Part shown: positions 1-7,777 of the stretch, piece after piece
Layout: each line of letters opens with the position of its first letter
Position numbering within the stretch: the stretch's first letter is position 1
Source: Raoultibacter sp.
Lineage (GTDB): Bacteria; Actinomycetota; Coriobacteriia; Coriobacteriales; Eggerthellaceae
Assembly: GCA_031549175.1 (NCBI GenBank)
Contig: JAVBQH010000017.1
Coordinates: 1-51,441 of the forward strand
DNA: 51,441 nt
Direction: 5' to 3'
Notes under the pieces: generated by a model
The model's database searches: none
What the model was told of the DNA's origin: nothing
What the model saw: only the letters and a program-made list of their open reading frames with translations
Position numbers and translations under genes: made by a program

Positions 1-81
1 GAGATATACATCGAATCCGACCACTATCAACCACATTACGTGTCGGCTGAGTTCTAGGGAAAGCCACCCTCCATCGGACCT

Positions 82-125
82 CGCAGCGGGCAAAAGCAGG
101 CGAATCGCCTGCCCTGCGCAGTTTT
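82..125 (+). terminator. Possible Rho-independent terminator of an off-window upstream + strand gene
   Basis: Nested GC-rich hairpin: inner stem gcaggcg 96-102 / cgcctgc 106-112, outer stem cgcag 82-86 / ctgcg 114-118. It is followed by TTTT at 122-125. Confidence 0.35.
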
Positions 126-215
126 CAGCACGGCAACAGACCAAAGGCCAACAGCTCCAGATCGCCGATTAGCGGCGTATTCTGTCCGATCGCTGTGGTT
201 TTTCACACGCCCTTA

Positions 216-246
216 TTGACCTTGTAACGGTTACAAGCCTGATAGT
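216..246 (+). promoter_or_regulatory. Candidate promoter TTGACC-19 nt-GATAGT with a perfect 17-bp dyad (CTTGTAAC-G-GTTACAAG, 221-237) filling the spacer
   Basis: TTGACC lies at 216-221 and GATAGT at 241-246, giving a 19-nt spacer. The dyad arms are exact reverse complements. The site is about 70 nt upstream of the HEAT-repeat gene start at 314. Confidence 0.35.
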
Positions 247-313
247 AGCCTTCCTAAACAGCTGAGCTTGCTCGCTGCCCCCCTAAGAAGGTCCCGATAG
301 GAGGCGAATCACC

Positions 314-1321
314 ATGAAGCAAACCCATACCGATTACCGAGAGACCACGTTGGAAGCCTACCCCTTTGGACATGCTCGCGCACAAGAGGCCTTTGCTTCT
401 GCCTGTGTGAGCCATCCTCATTGGCGCGTACGGCTCGTTTCGATGGAGTGCCTGACGCAACAGGCCCTTTTGGCGTATGTCGCAAAGCACGCGGCAGACT
501 ACGAGGTGTTCAAAGGCGCCATTGAAAAGATCCATGATGACACGCTCCTTGAAGACGTTGCACTCTATCCCTGCAAAGACCGGCATTCCTGTGTCCTTGC
601 AATACAAAGGATCGGCAACGAGAACATGCTGTTCCAGATCGCCCAGACGCACCCCTATGCCGAGATTCGCAAAACAGCGGTGGCATGCATCACGAGCCAG
701 GGCTTCCTGCTTGCGGTCGCAGAAGGCAATTCAGATGCCGTGGTCAGGGAAGAGGCCATTGGAAGGCTCGACAACCCCGAATGCCTTGAGCGCATAGCCT
801 TTAGAGACCCCAACGATGCCGTCAAGCGGAAGGCCATCTCGATGATCGCCGATCCTGCACGCCTGCTCACACTGGTGCTTGAATCGGAATCCATGGCCAT
901 CAAGAAGTTTGCACTGCATCGGATGTACCTGCTCCACAACGAGACCGGCCTTGATCCCGTACTTGCCGCCCAGCTCAACCCTTGCCTCGAGTCGGCATTG
1001 CTTATCGCCAACGCAATTAGCCTGATGGACATCAGCGGCGTCGCCTGGTGGAAGGAATGCACGCAGGCCACCATTCCGCACCTTTACCAGGCGCTCTCGA
1101 CAAGCGGCCTCTACCGCGAGGTGAAGATCTTGGAGAAGGCCGTGGTTTCGCTCTACACCAACCGCACCGACCTCAGACAAGAGCTGCTGGCCGACATGCC
1201 TCTCAGCTTTCCTGAGCAAACACCTGATGAACCATTGGTTTGGAGAATGCTCACTTCCGAATACCAAGCAATGCAAAACCTTGCAACCAACATGTTTCCC
1301 GCGAGAAAGGCAGACCGATGA
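314..1321 (+). CDS. HEAT / PBS-lyase-like repeat protein, function unknown
   Basis: 335-aa ORF with GGAGG at 300-304, 9 nt before the ATG. It carries recurrent helical repeats of the type D..VR..A...L (e.g. HPYAEIRKTAVACI, DAVVREEAIGRL, NDAVKRKAISMI). Its TGA overlaps the acs ATG (ATGA at 1318-1321). Confidence 0.6.
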   Translation: MKQTHTDYRETTLEAYPFGHARAQEAFASACVSHPHWRVRLVSMECLTQQALLAYVAKHAADYEVFKGAIEKIHDDTLLEDVALYPCKDRHSCVLAIQRIGNENMLFQIAQTHPYAEIRKTAVACITSQGFLLAVAEGNSDAVVREEAIGRLDNPECLERIAFRDPNDAVKRKAISMIADPARLLTLVLESESMAIKKFALHRMYLLHNETGLDPVLAAQLNPCLESALLIANAISLMDISGVAWWKECTQATIPHLYQALSTSGLYREVKILEKAVVSLYTNRTDLRQELLADMPLSFPEQTPDEPLVWRMLTSEYQAMQNLATNMFPARKADR

Positions 1322-3339
1322 CAGTGACGATGACCATGAAAAAGCCAGCAGCAGCCCCCACACCCACCGCAACAGGCATCGACAAACTGCTGAACAACAG
1401 CAGGTCGATAGAGCCTTCCGACGATTTCTGCTACAAGGCCTGGATCAAAACCCGCCAAGACCGCGACGAGCTGTACCGTCAATCCGTAGAGGATCCCGAG
1501 CAATTCTGGGCGGCCATGGCAGAAGAGCACATCGATTGGTTCGAGCCTTGGGATCGCGTCGAGGAATACGACTTCGACTGCGAACAGCCCTTCGTGAAAT
1601 ACTTCCAAGGCGGCAAGCTCAACGTGAGCCATAACTGCCTCGACCGGCATTTGGCCGGCCCGCGCAGAAACAAGGCGGCGCTCATCTGGCAGGGAGAGCC
1701 CGCTGAAGAAGTGGAGACCTATACCTACCAGCGGCTGCACAGGGAAGTGAACAAGGCAGCCAACATGCTGAAGGAGCTGGGCGTGAAAAAAGGCGACCGG
1801 GTCGCAATCTACCTCCCCATGATTCCCGAGCTTGTGATCAGCATGCTTGCCTGTACGCGCATCGGCGCGGTGCATTGTGTGGTGTTTGGCGGCTTGAGCG
1901 CCGACTCCCTGATCACCCGTATCCAGGACTCCGGCGCAGAGGTTGTCATCACTGCAAACCACGGCTATCGGGCTGGGAAGCTCCTCGAGATCAAATCCAT
2001 ATGCGACAAGGCCTTGGAGTCCTGCCCCCAAGTGAGAAGCTGCATCGTGGTCCGCCGCATCGACAAGCGCACCAAAATGGCCATCGGGCGCGACGCGTGG
2101 TGGGATGACCTGCTGTCCCAGGTTTCCCAAAGCTGCGAGCCAAGGGTCATGGATGCGGAAGACCCGCTCTTCATCCTGTACACGAGCGGCTCCACCGCCC
2201 GACCCAAAGGGGTGCTGCATACGACCGGCGGATATCTTCTGTATGCGATGCTCACCGCCAAGTATGTCTTCGACATCAAGGACGAGGACGTCTACTGGTG
2301 CGCGGCTGACGCCGGCTGGATCACCGGCCACACCTACCTGGTCTACGGCCCGCTTGCCAACGGCGCCACCGTGATGATGTTCGAAGGCGTGCCGAGCTAT
2401 CCGAAACCCGACCGCTTCTGGGAAGTGATCGAGAAGTTCGGCGTCAACATCTTCTATACCTCGCCGACGGCCATTCGCGCAATGATGAAGGAGGGGGACC
2501 ATTGGCCAAACAGCCGTGACCTCAGCAGCCTTCGCATGCTCGGCTCAGTTGGAGAGCCTATCACCCCCAAGGCCTGGCTCTGGTATTACAACGTCATCGG
2601 GAAGGGACGCTGCCCGATTGCCGACACCTGGTGGCAAACAGAGACAGGGGGCATCCTGATCTCAACGATCCCCGGGGCGGTGGATATGAAGCCCGGGTCT
2701 GCGGCTTTGCCCTTCTTTGGCATACAGCCCAAGGTCATCCGCCATGACGGCACCGAGGCGCCCTCGAGCGAGGGTGGAAACCTTGTGCTTACCAGGCCTT
2801 GGCCTGGCATGATGAGGGGTGTCTACGGAAACGACGAGGCCTTCAAGAACATATATTTCCCCGAGCCCGGCCACTACCTGACGGGGGATGGCGCCTATCA
2901 AGACCAAGACGGCTATTACTGGCTGCTCGGCCGCGTTGACGATGTCATCATGGTTTCGGCGCATCGGATCGGGACGGCAGAGGTCGAAAGCGCCTTGGTC
3001 TCGCATCCCGACGTTGCAGAGGCCGCCGTCGTCGGCTACCCCCATAACGTCAAAGGCGAGAGCATCTATGCCTTCGTCACCTTGAATGATGGGGTCGAGC
3101 CAGACGATGACCTGAAAGAGAAGCTGGTCAAGCAGGTGCGCGAAAGTATCGGACCTATTGCAAGCCCTGAAGTCATACATTTTGCGGCGGGGCTCCCGAA
3201 GACAAGAAGCGGAAAGATCATGCGGCGGATCCTTCGGAAAATCGCCGCCCAGGAAACCGAGGACCTCGGCGACACCTCGACCCTCGCCGACCCGACAGTA
3301 GTTGACGACCTCCTGGAAGGCATCGGACGCGCCTCCTAG
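1318..3339 (+). CDS. acs: Acetyl-CoA synthetase (AMP-forming)
   Basis: AMP-binding signatures are present: YTSGSTARPKGV, WCAADAGWITGHTY, YWLLGRVDDVIMVSAHRIGTAEVE, and a C-terminal LPKTRSGKIMRRILRKIA with the conserved acetylatable Lys context. The start was chosen at ATG 1318 (MTVTMTMKK), which is translationally coupled to the upstream ORF. The ORF-track start at 1240 lies inside the upstream gene. Confidence 0.9.
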   Translation: MTVTMTMKKPAAAPTPTATGIDKLLNNSRSIEPSDDFCYKAWIKTRQDRDELYRQSVEDPEQFWAAMAEEHIDWFEPWDRVEEYDFDCEQPFVKYFQGGKLNVSHNCLDRHLAGPRRNKAALIWQGEPAEEVETYTYQRLHREVNKAANMLKELGVKKGDRVAIYLPMIPELVISMLACTRIGAVHCVVFGGLSADSLITRIQDSGAEVVITANHGYRAGKLLEIKSICDKALESCPQVRSCIVVRRIDKRTKMAIGRDAWWDDLLSQVSQSCEPRVMDAEDPLFILYTSGSTARPKGVLHTTGGYLLYAMLTAKYVFDIKDEDVYWCAADAGWITGHTYLVYGPLANGATVMMFEGVPSYPKPDRFWEVIEKFGVNIFYTSPTAIRAMMKEGDHWPNSRDLSSLRMLGSVGEPITPKAWLWYYNVIGKGRCPIADTWWQTETGGILISTIPGAVDMKPGSAALPFFGIQPKVIRHDGTEAPSSEGGNLVLTRPWPGMMRGVYGNDEAFKNIYFPEPGHYLTGDGAYQDQDGYYWLLGRVDDVIMVSAHRIGTAEVESALVSHPDVAEAAVVGYPHNVKGESIYAFVTLNDGVEPDDDLKEKLVKQVRESIGPIASPEVIHFAAGLPKTRSGKIMRRILRKIAAQETEDLGDTSTLADPTVVDDLLEGIGRAS

Positions 3340-3387
3340 CGCAAGCGAGTACTGCCTTTCTCGCAAAACGATGCCTGCCATCAGGTT

Positions 3388-3423
3388 GCGGCCATGCCAG
3401 ACCGGGACAACTGGCATGGCCGC
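3388..3423. terminator. Bidirectional terminator hairpin between convergent acs and the MerR-family gene
   Basis: Perfect 13-bp stem gcggccatgccag (3388-3400) / ctggcatggccgc (3411-3423) with a 10-nt loop. It lies between the stop codons at 3339 (+) and 3432 (-). Confidence 0.55.
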
Positions 3424-3431
3424 CCATAAGG

Positions 3432-4265
3432 CTAGGCCTCTTTGTCCACCAGCACAGACACGTGGATGAGATAGTCTTCCACCGAGCTCGACATGAGATA
3501 TGAGTTCATATCGAGCTCATACACCGGGCTGAAGGTCGAAAGCCCTTCTTTCTTCAGGTATGCAAACAGCTTCACGTATGAGCGCTCGATGGTGTTCCTT
3601 CCCCCTTGGTGCAGGATAACCGCATAATTGCCACGGGGTTTCATGAGCAGGCGTCCTTCGAGGTGCGCTATATCTTCCGGAACCGAAACCCAGGTCTGCA
3701 GCTTTGTATACACCCGCCTTGTCGGTTCGTCGAAATCGGGGACCTCTGCAATCCGGCCCATGGGGAAGCGCGACACATGGGCGACGTTGCGGCAGAAGTC
3801 TGAGTGCTTGCCCAAGGCCTGTTCGTAGGACTCGACGTTGTCCTCGGCGATGTCGGTCACGATCATGGCAAGCTCGTCCCAAAAGGAAAGCCGTGTCTCA
3901 CCCTTCGGAAACAACAAGGCGCGATGCGTTATGTAGCGCATCTTCTCCATCATGCCGATGCGGCCCTCCATGATGGTTTTCTGTTCTTCCATACGCGCGA
4001 TGATCCCCTGGATACGCTCGAGGAACAGCTCGGTCGAACGGTTGTCGAAATACTCCCTCACTTCCTTTATGGGAACGCCTGCATCGACAAAGAACCTGAT
4101 CCCGTCGAACAGGTAAAGCTGCTCGATGGAATAGTAGCGATAGCCGTTTTTTCTGATTTCCTTCGGCTTTAACAGGCCTATTTTGTCGTAGTGGATGAGC
4201 AGCTCTCTGCTGACGTTACACATTCGGGCAAACTCACCCGACGATAGGAGTCTCGGGTTGTCCAT
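3432..4265 (-). CDS. MerR-family transcriptional regulator with C-terminal GyrI-like effector-binding domain
   Basis: N-terminal MerR HTH (LSSGEFARMCNVSRELLIHYDKIGLLKPKEIRKNGYRYYSIEQL) followed by a coiled-coil linker. The C-terminal half of about 150 aa is typical of BmrR/GyrI-like ligand domains. The start was chosen at MDNPRLL (ATG 4263-4265); the longer ORF-track start gives an implausible Arg/Ser-rich leader. Confidence 0.8.
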   Translation of the reverse strand: MDNPRLLSSGEFARMCNVSRELLIHYDKIGLLKPKEIRKNGYRYYSIEQLYLFDGIRFFVDAGVPIKEVREYFDNRSTELFLERIQGIIARMEEQKTIMEGRIGMMEKMRYITHRALLFPKGETRLSFWDELAMIVTDIAEDNVESYEQALGKHSDFCRNVAHVSRFPMGRIAEVPDFDEPTRRVYTKLQTWVSVPEDIAHLEGRLLMKPRGNYAVILHQGGRNTIERSYVKLFAYLKKEGLSTFSPVYELDMNSYLMSSSVEDYLIHVSVLVDKEA

Positions 4266-4320
4266 TCTGGCCTCCCAGGCGTGCAAAAGGGCCTGGGGCC
4301 CTTGCACGCTCTTGAACGTG

Positions 4321-5061
4321 CTACATGAACAACTCCGCCGTTCGGCGCTCAGATGCCTTCGCAGTAAGGAACTGCTCGAACATAGCCGCGGCCTCCGCCG
4401 GGTATTCGCGGGCATCGAAGGGGCATACCACGATGCAATGCGCACAGCTCAGGCATTGGGCAGGTGAGATGGCCTCATCCTCTATCACGATCACTTGCGT
4501 GGGGCATTCGTCGGCGCAGATCCCGCAGGCGGTGCATTCCTCGTTTGTGATCGGCCCCACGCCAAGCGCGTAAGGCGCGATATCGGGCTGGGAAGGGAAG
4601 TCGAATGTTTCTGTGGTGCCTGCCGCCAGCTTGTCTGCCACCTGCAATCCGAAGTCTGTGAGCAGCGCGGCGTCTTCGGCATCGGGGCGTCCTGTTGCGA
4701 TCTTGTCGCACAGGGAGTGCTCGGCTACGGCGGCAACGAGCGCAACGACCTCGCAGCCTTTGCCCACCAGGTAATCGTTCATCTCTTGAAGAGCGTTCTC
4801 GAAAGCGCGGTTGCCGTATACCGCGACGCCGACCACTTTGGATCCTTCGGGAAGCGCCACATCCAAACGGTCGAACACCACCGGCGCAACATGCCCGCTG
4901 AACACCGGAAACGCAACGACGTTGATGCTTGCCGGATCGGGCTGGAACACCTCGGGCGACAACAGGTTGACGCTTGTCGCAGATTCCCCCATCCCGTCAA
5001 GAACGTACTCCGCACAGGCTTTGGTGTTCCCGCATGGGCTGAAATGGAAAAAGTTAGCCAT
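4321..5061 (-). CDS. Flavodoxin-like domain fused to a 2x[4Fe-4S] ferredoxin domain (EFR1-type ferredoxin-like protein)
   Basis: N-terminus MANFFHFSPCGNTK (flavodoxin-like fold). The C-terminus has two CxxCxxCxxxCP motifs (CTACGICADECP, CLSCAHCIVVCP). A strong RBS AAGGAGGAG precedes ATG 5059-5061. Confidence 0.7.
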   Translation of the reverse strand: MANFFHFSPCGNTKACAEYVLDGMGESATSVNLLSPEVFQPDPASINVVAFPVFSGHVAPVVFDRLDVALPEGSKVVGVAVYGNRAFENALQEMNDYLVGKGCEVVALVAAVAEHSLCDKIATGRPDAEDAALLTDFGLQVADKLAAGTTETFDFPSQPDIAPYALGVGPITNEECTACGICADECPTQVIVIEDEAISPAQCLSCAHCIVVCPFDAREYPAEAAAMFEQFLTAKASERRTAELFM

Positions 5062-5096
5062 ATCTCCTCCTTTGCTGGCCAAACATATCTCAAATA

Positions 5097-5125
5097 ACTA
5101 TAAGACGATGTAGGCCGACAAGCAA
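5097..5125 (-). promoter_or_regulatory. Candidate sigma70-type promoter of the ferredoxin-like/MerR operon (TTGCTT-17-TATAGT on the minus strand)
   Basis: Reverse complement: the -35 TTGCTT is at 5120-5125, the spacer is 17 nt, and the -10 TATAGT is at 5097-5102. The promoter is about 36 nt upstream of the start codon at 5061. Confidence 0.4.
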
Positions 5126-5163
5126 CGATGACGGAGGATCTGAATAGGTATCGTTACATCTGA

Positions 5164-5200
5164 AAGCCGAGAAAAGGGGACAGTCCCCTTTTCTCGGCTT
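5164..5200. repeat. Palindromic repeat, subfamily A (CCGAGAAAAGGGGAC-A-GTCCCCTTTTCTCGG) with the stem extended by AAG/CTT
   Basis: The 31-nt core at 5167-5197 is the exact reverse complement of the copies at 7194, 7341 and 19936. It lies downstream of the htpG stop codon. Confidence 0.9.
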
Positions 5201-5221
5201 GTGCTTGGATGCATGTGAGAA

Positions 5222-5250
5222 ATGAGAAACTCGACCGTCCCTTTTCTCAT
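5222..5250. repeat. Palindromic repeat, degenerate subfamily B copy (ATGAGAAA...CCGTCCCTTTTCTCAT)
   Basis: It shares the ATGAG/CTCAT termini and the right arm CCGTCCCTTTTCTCAT with the B copies at 17778 and 19095, while the left arm is decayed. It ends 1 nt before the htpG stop codon (5251-5253). Confidence 0.6.
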
Positions 5251-7155
5251 TTACACCATGAGTTCTGCTACCGCTTGGGCAAACGCCACGGGGTCGTCGA
5301 CCGGCATGCCTTCGACCAGCAAGGCCTGGCTGTACAGGATCTCGGTATAGCGTTTCACCTTATCGGTGTCGCCTGCCTCCTGGGCCGCCTTCATCGTTTC
5401 GAAGATGGGGTGCTTGGCGTTGATCTCAAGGACGCGCTCGGATTTTACGTCGTCGTTATCAGGCAGCTGCGAAAGGATCTTCTCCATTTCAAGCGAGATC
5501 GGGCCTTCGGCCGTCAAAGCGGCAGGCGCATCGGCAAGCCACGATGAGACCGAGACCTTGGTTACCTTGTTGCCCAGGGCTTCCTTCATGGCGCTGAAGA
5601 GCGGCTCGTTTTCCTTCGCCACTTCTTCGGCCTGGCTTTTCTCTTCCTCGGTCTCAAGGCCAAGGTCGCTGCCAGCCACGTTTTTGAACTGCTTGTCTTT
5701 ATAGTCTTGCATGGCGGAAATGCAGAAATCGTCGACGTCCTGCGTGCAGAGCAGCACGTCTAAGCCCTTCGCCATGACCGATGTGACGATCGGCATCTTG
5801 GCCAGGCGGTCGACCGAATCGCCCGCGGCATAGTAGATGACCTCCTGATCAACGGCGGCGGCATCGAGGTATTCGTCGAGCGTGACCATTTTCTGCCCCT
5901 TGGCAGAATAATACAGCAGCAGGTCACCCAGCAATTCCTTCTGCATGCCGTAGCTCGTGTAGATGCCATGCTTGATCGAGCGCCCGAAATTCTCGAAGAA
6001 CTTCTCGTACTCTTCGCGGTCTTTGTCACGCATGTCGGCCAATTCCGACTTGACCTTCTTCTCGAGCTTGCGCTCGATAGCGCGAAGCTGGCTGTTTTGC
6101 TGCAGGGTCTCACGGGAGATGTTCAAGGAGAGGTCTTGCGAATCGACGATGCCGCGCACAAAGCTGAAGTAGTCCGGCAACAGGTCCTCGCATTTTTCCA
6201 TGATCAGCACGTTCGAGCTGTAAAGCGAAAGGCCTTTCTTGTAATCCTTGCTGTAGAAGTCATACGGCGCATGCCCCGGAACAAACAACAGGGCGTCATA
6301 GGTCAAGGTGCCTTCCGCATGGACCGAGATAGTGCGCACCGGGTCGGTGAAGTCATGGAAGTCGGAATGGTAGTATTCGTTGTATTCTTCTTGGGTCACC
6401 TCTGATTTGGAGCGCTTCCAGATAGGCGTCATCGAGTTGACGGTCTCGGTCTCGGTGTAATCCTCATATTTAGGGGTATAGTCGTCGCCGGCGTCTTCGG
6501 GCTTCGGCACTTCCCGCGATTTTGAGACCTCCATCAAAATGGGATAGCGGATGTAATTGCTATAGCGTTTGATCAGGCTTTTCAGCTTGCCTTCGCTAAG
6601 GTAACTGTCGTAGGGGTTTTCCTCGGTGTTGTCGCGCAGGGTCAGGGTGATGTCGGTGCCATGGTCTGCGCGTGTGCTCTCGGAGATCGAATAGCCCGCC
6701 TCGCCGTCGCTTTCCCACTTGTATGCGACGTCTGCCCCATAAGCCCGGGAGATAACCGTGACCTTTTTGGCCACCATAAACGACGAGTAGAAACCGACGC
6801 CGAACTGCCCGATGATGTCGATGCTTTCGCCTGCATCCTCTTCGAGCCCGCCTTTGAAGTCGAGGCTTCCCGAATGCGCGATGGTGCCAAGGTTCTTGTC
6901 GAGCTCATCTTCGGTCATACCGATGCCGCTGTCGGATACCGTTATGGTGCGGGCATCCTTGTCGAATGAGACGCTGATGCTGAGCTCATCTTTTGAAAGC
7001 TTCACATCGGAGTCGGTCAGGCTCTTGAAATACAGCTTGTCGACAGCGTCGGACGCATTCGAGATCAATTCGCGCAGGAATATCTCTTCGTTCGTATAGA
7101 TTGAATTGATCATCAGATCAAGAAGCCGTTTGCTTTCAGTCTTGAACTTCCTCAT
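5251..7155 (-). CDS. htpG: Molecular chaperone HtpG (Hsp90 family)
   Basis: The N-terminal GHKL ATPase signature is present (ELISNASDAVDKL ... DSGIGMT ... IGQFGVGFYS), and the length and architecture are typical of bacterial Hsp90. The start was chosen at MRKFKTES (ATG 7153-7155), preceded by AAGGAA. Confidence 0.92.
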   Translation of the reverse strand: MRKFKTESKRLLDLMINSIYTNEEIFLRELISNASDAVDKLYFKSLTDSDVKLSKDELSISVSFDKDARTITVSDSGIGMTEDELDKNLGTIAHSGSLDFKGGLEEDAGESIDIIGQFGVGFYSSFMVAKKVTVISRAYGADVAYKWESDGEAGYSISESTRADHGTDITLTLRDNTEENPYDSYLSEGKLKSLIKRYSNYIRYPILMEVSKSREVPKPEDAGDDYTPKYEDYTETETVNSMTPIWKRSKSEVTQEEYNEYYHSDFHDFTDPVRTISVHAEGTLTYDALLFVPGHAPYDFYSKDYKKGLSLYSSNVLIMEKCEDLLPDYFSFVRGIVDSQDLSLNISRETLQQNSQLRAIERKLEKKVKSELADMRDKDREEYEKFFENFGRSIKHGIYTSYGMQKELLGDLLLYYSAKGQKMVTLDEYLDAAAVDQEVIYYAAGDSVDRLAKMPIVTSVMAKGLDVLLCTQDVDDFCISAMQDYKDKQFKNVAGSDLGLETEEEKSQAEEVAKENEPLFSAMKEALGNKVTKVSVSSWLADAPAALTAEGPISLEMEKILSQLPDNDDVKSERVLEINAKHPIFETMKAAQEAGDTDKVKRYTEILYSQALLVEGMPVDDPVAFAQAVAELMV

Positions 7156-7193
7156 ACCATATATTCCTTTCACACGTGTGCCCAGCAAAGAAG

Positions 7194-7224
7194 CCGAGAA
7201 AAGGGGACTGTCCCCTTTTCTCGG
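7194..7224. repeat. Palindromic repeat, subfamily A (CCGAGAAAAGGGGACTGTCCCCTTTTCTCGG)
   Basis: Perfect 15+1+15 palindrome, identical to the copies at 7341-7371 and 19936-19966. It lies between the predicted htpG promoter/CIRCE and the htpG start codon, so it is inside the predicted 5' leader. Confidence 0.9.
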
Positions 7225-7225
7225 T

Positions 7226-7252
7226 TTGGCAGTCTCTATCGTAGAGTGCTAA
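7226..7252 (-). promoter_or_regulatory. CIRCE-like inverted repeat (HrcA operator) in front of htpG
   Basis: The minus strand reads TTAGCACTC-tacgataga-GACTGCCAA. Against the consensus TTAGCACTC-N9-GAGTGCTAA, the left half is perfect, the spacer is exactly 9 nt, and the right half matches 7 of 9. It is positioned immediately downstream of the predicted -10. Confidence 0.55.
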
Positions 7253-7258
7253 TAACAA

Positions 7259-7286
7259 ATTGTAAGTCTGCGTTCGGGCTTGTCAA
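7259..7286 (-). promoter_or_regulatory. Candidate sigma70-type htpG promoter (TTGACA-16-TACAAT on the minus strand)
   Basis: Reverse complement: the -35 TTGACA is at 7281-7286, the spacer is 16 nt, and the -10 TACAAT is at 7259-7264. Confidence 0.5.
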
Positions 7287-7340
7287 GGATTTTCCTTCGA
7301 AGTCCTTTATGCAAACATCCTTGCCTTCTTTTCTGCATAA

Positions 7341-7371
7341 CCGAGAAAAGGGGACTGTCCCCTTTTCTCGG
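7341..7371. repeat. Palindromic repeat, subfamily A
   Basis: Identical 31-mer to the copy at 7194-7224. It directly abuts the TAA stop (7372-7374) of the GIY-YIG-like gene. Confidence 0.9.
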
Positions 7372-7728
7372 TTACTTCCAGATCTTGCTTGCTTTGGGGT
7401 CGGCGGCCAGGCATCCTTCGCGAAGCTCTTCGAGCTCCTCGGTGTGGTCCGCGTGCTGGTCCTCGTATTCGAGCTGTACGAGCAAGGACACCTCGAAGCC
7501 GCCTTCGCCGTAGGTGTTCCAAAGCTCTTGAAGGCGTTTGTTGGGATGGCTGCCGGCATCAAGCTTGACGCGGTTCGAGTTGAAGCCGGCGCGCGCATCG
7601 CCTGTGGCACCGAGAAAACTCTCGCCGGTCTCCTTGCAGGCAAACGAGATCACGCCCATATCGGGCATGCGGTTTTGATATTCAAACTGCAGTTCTTTAC
7701 GTCGTTGTTTATCCATGTTCCTATCCAT
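7372..7728 (-). CDS. Small GIY-YIG-like nuclease-domain protein (about 118 aa)
   Basis: MDRNMDKQRRKELQFEYQNRMPDMGVISFACKETGESFLGATGDARAGFNSNRVKLDAGSHPNKRLQELWNTYGEGGFEVSLL fits the short stand-alone GIY-YIG pattern: G-V-I ... F-L-G ... R ... N ... F.F..L. The start is uncertain (ATG at 7728 or 7716). The longer ORF-track start overlaps the upstream gene. Confidence 0.5.
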   Translation of the reverse strand: MDRNMDKQRRKELQFEYQNRMPDMGVISFACKETGESFLGATGDARAGFNSNRVKLDAGSHPNKRLQELWNTYGEGGFEVSLLVQLEYEDQHADHTEELEELREGCLAADPKASKIWK

Positions 7729-7777
7729 ATTCTTGAAGTTCGCCCCGACCGTGCAAGGGAACAAGACCCTTTGCACG

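Noticed and set aside
1153-2502. Long antisense or alternative-frame ORFs opposite well-supported genes. Examples are 1153-2502 (-), 17968-19032 (-), 20029-21081 (+), 32258-33769 (-), 33811-35553 (+), 38817-40271 (+), 40681-42075 (+) and 47610-50492 (+).
   Set aside because: Each lies entirely within a gene that has clear family signatures on the other strand or frame. Their translations are Arg/Gly/Ala/His-rich with no recognisable motifs, which is the usual shadow-ORF artefact of high-GC DNA.
7194-7371. Pairs of identical palindromes separated by a unique spacer (7194/7341, 17686/17778, 5164/5222), considered as a possible mini CRISPR array.
   Set aside because: There are only two units per locus. 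The spacers are of unequal length (116, 61 and 21 nt). The repeats are dispersed across the window, are full palindromes, and lie next to no cas genes. The 7225-7340 'spacer' is explained by the htpG promoter and CIRCE.
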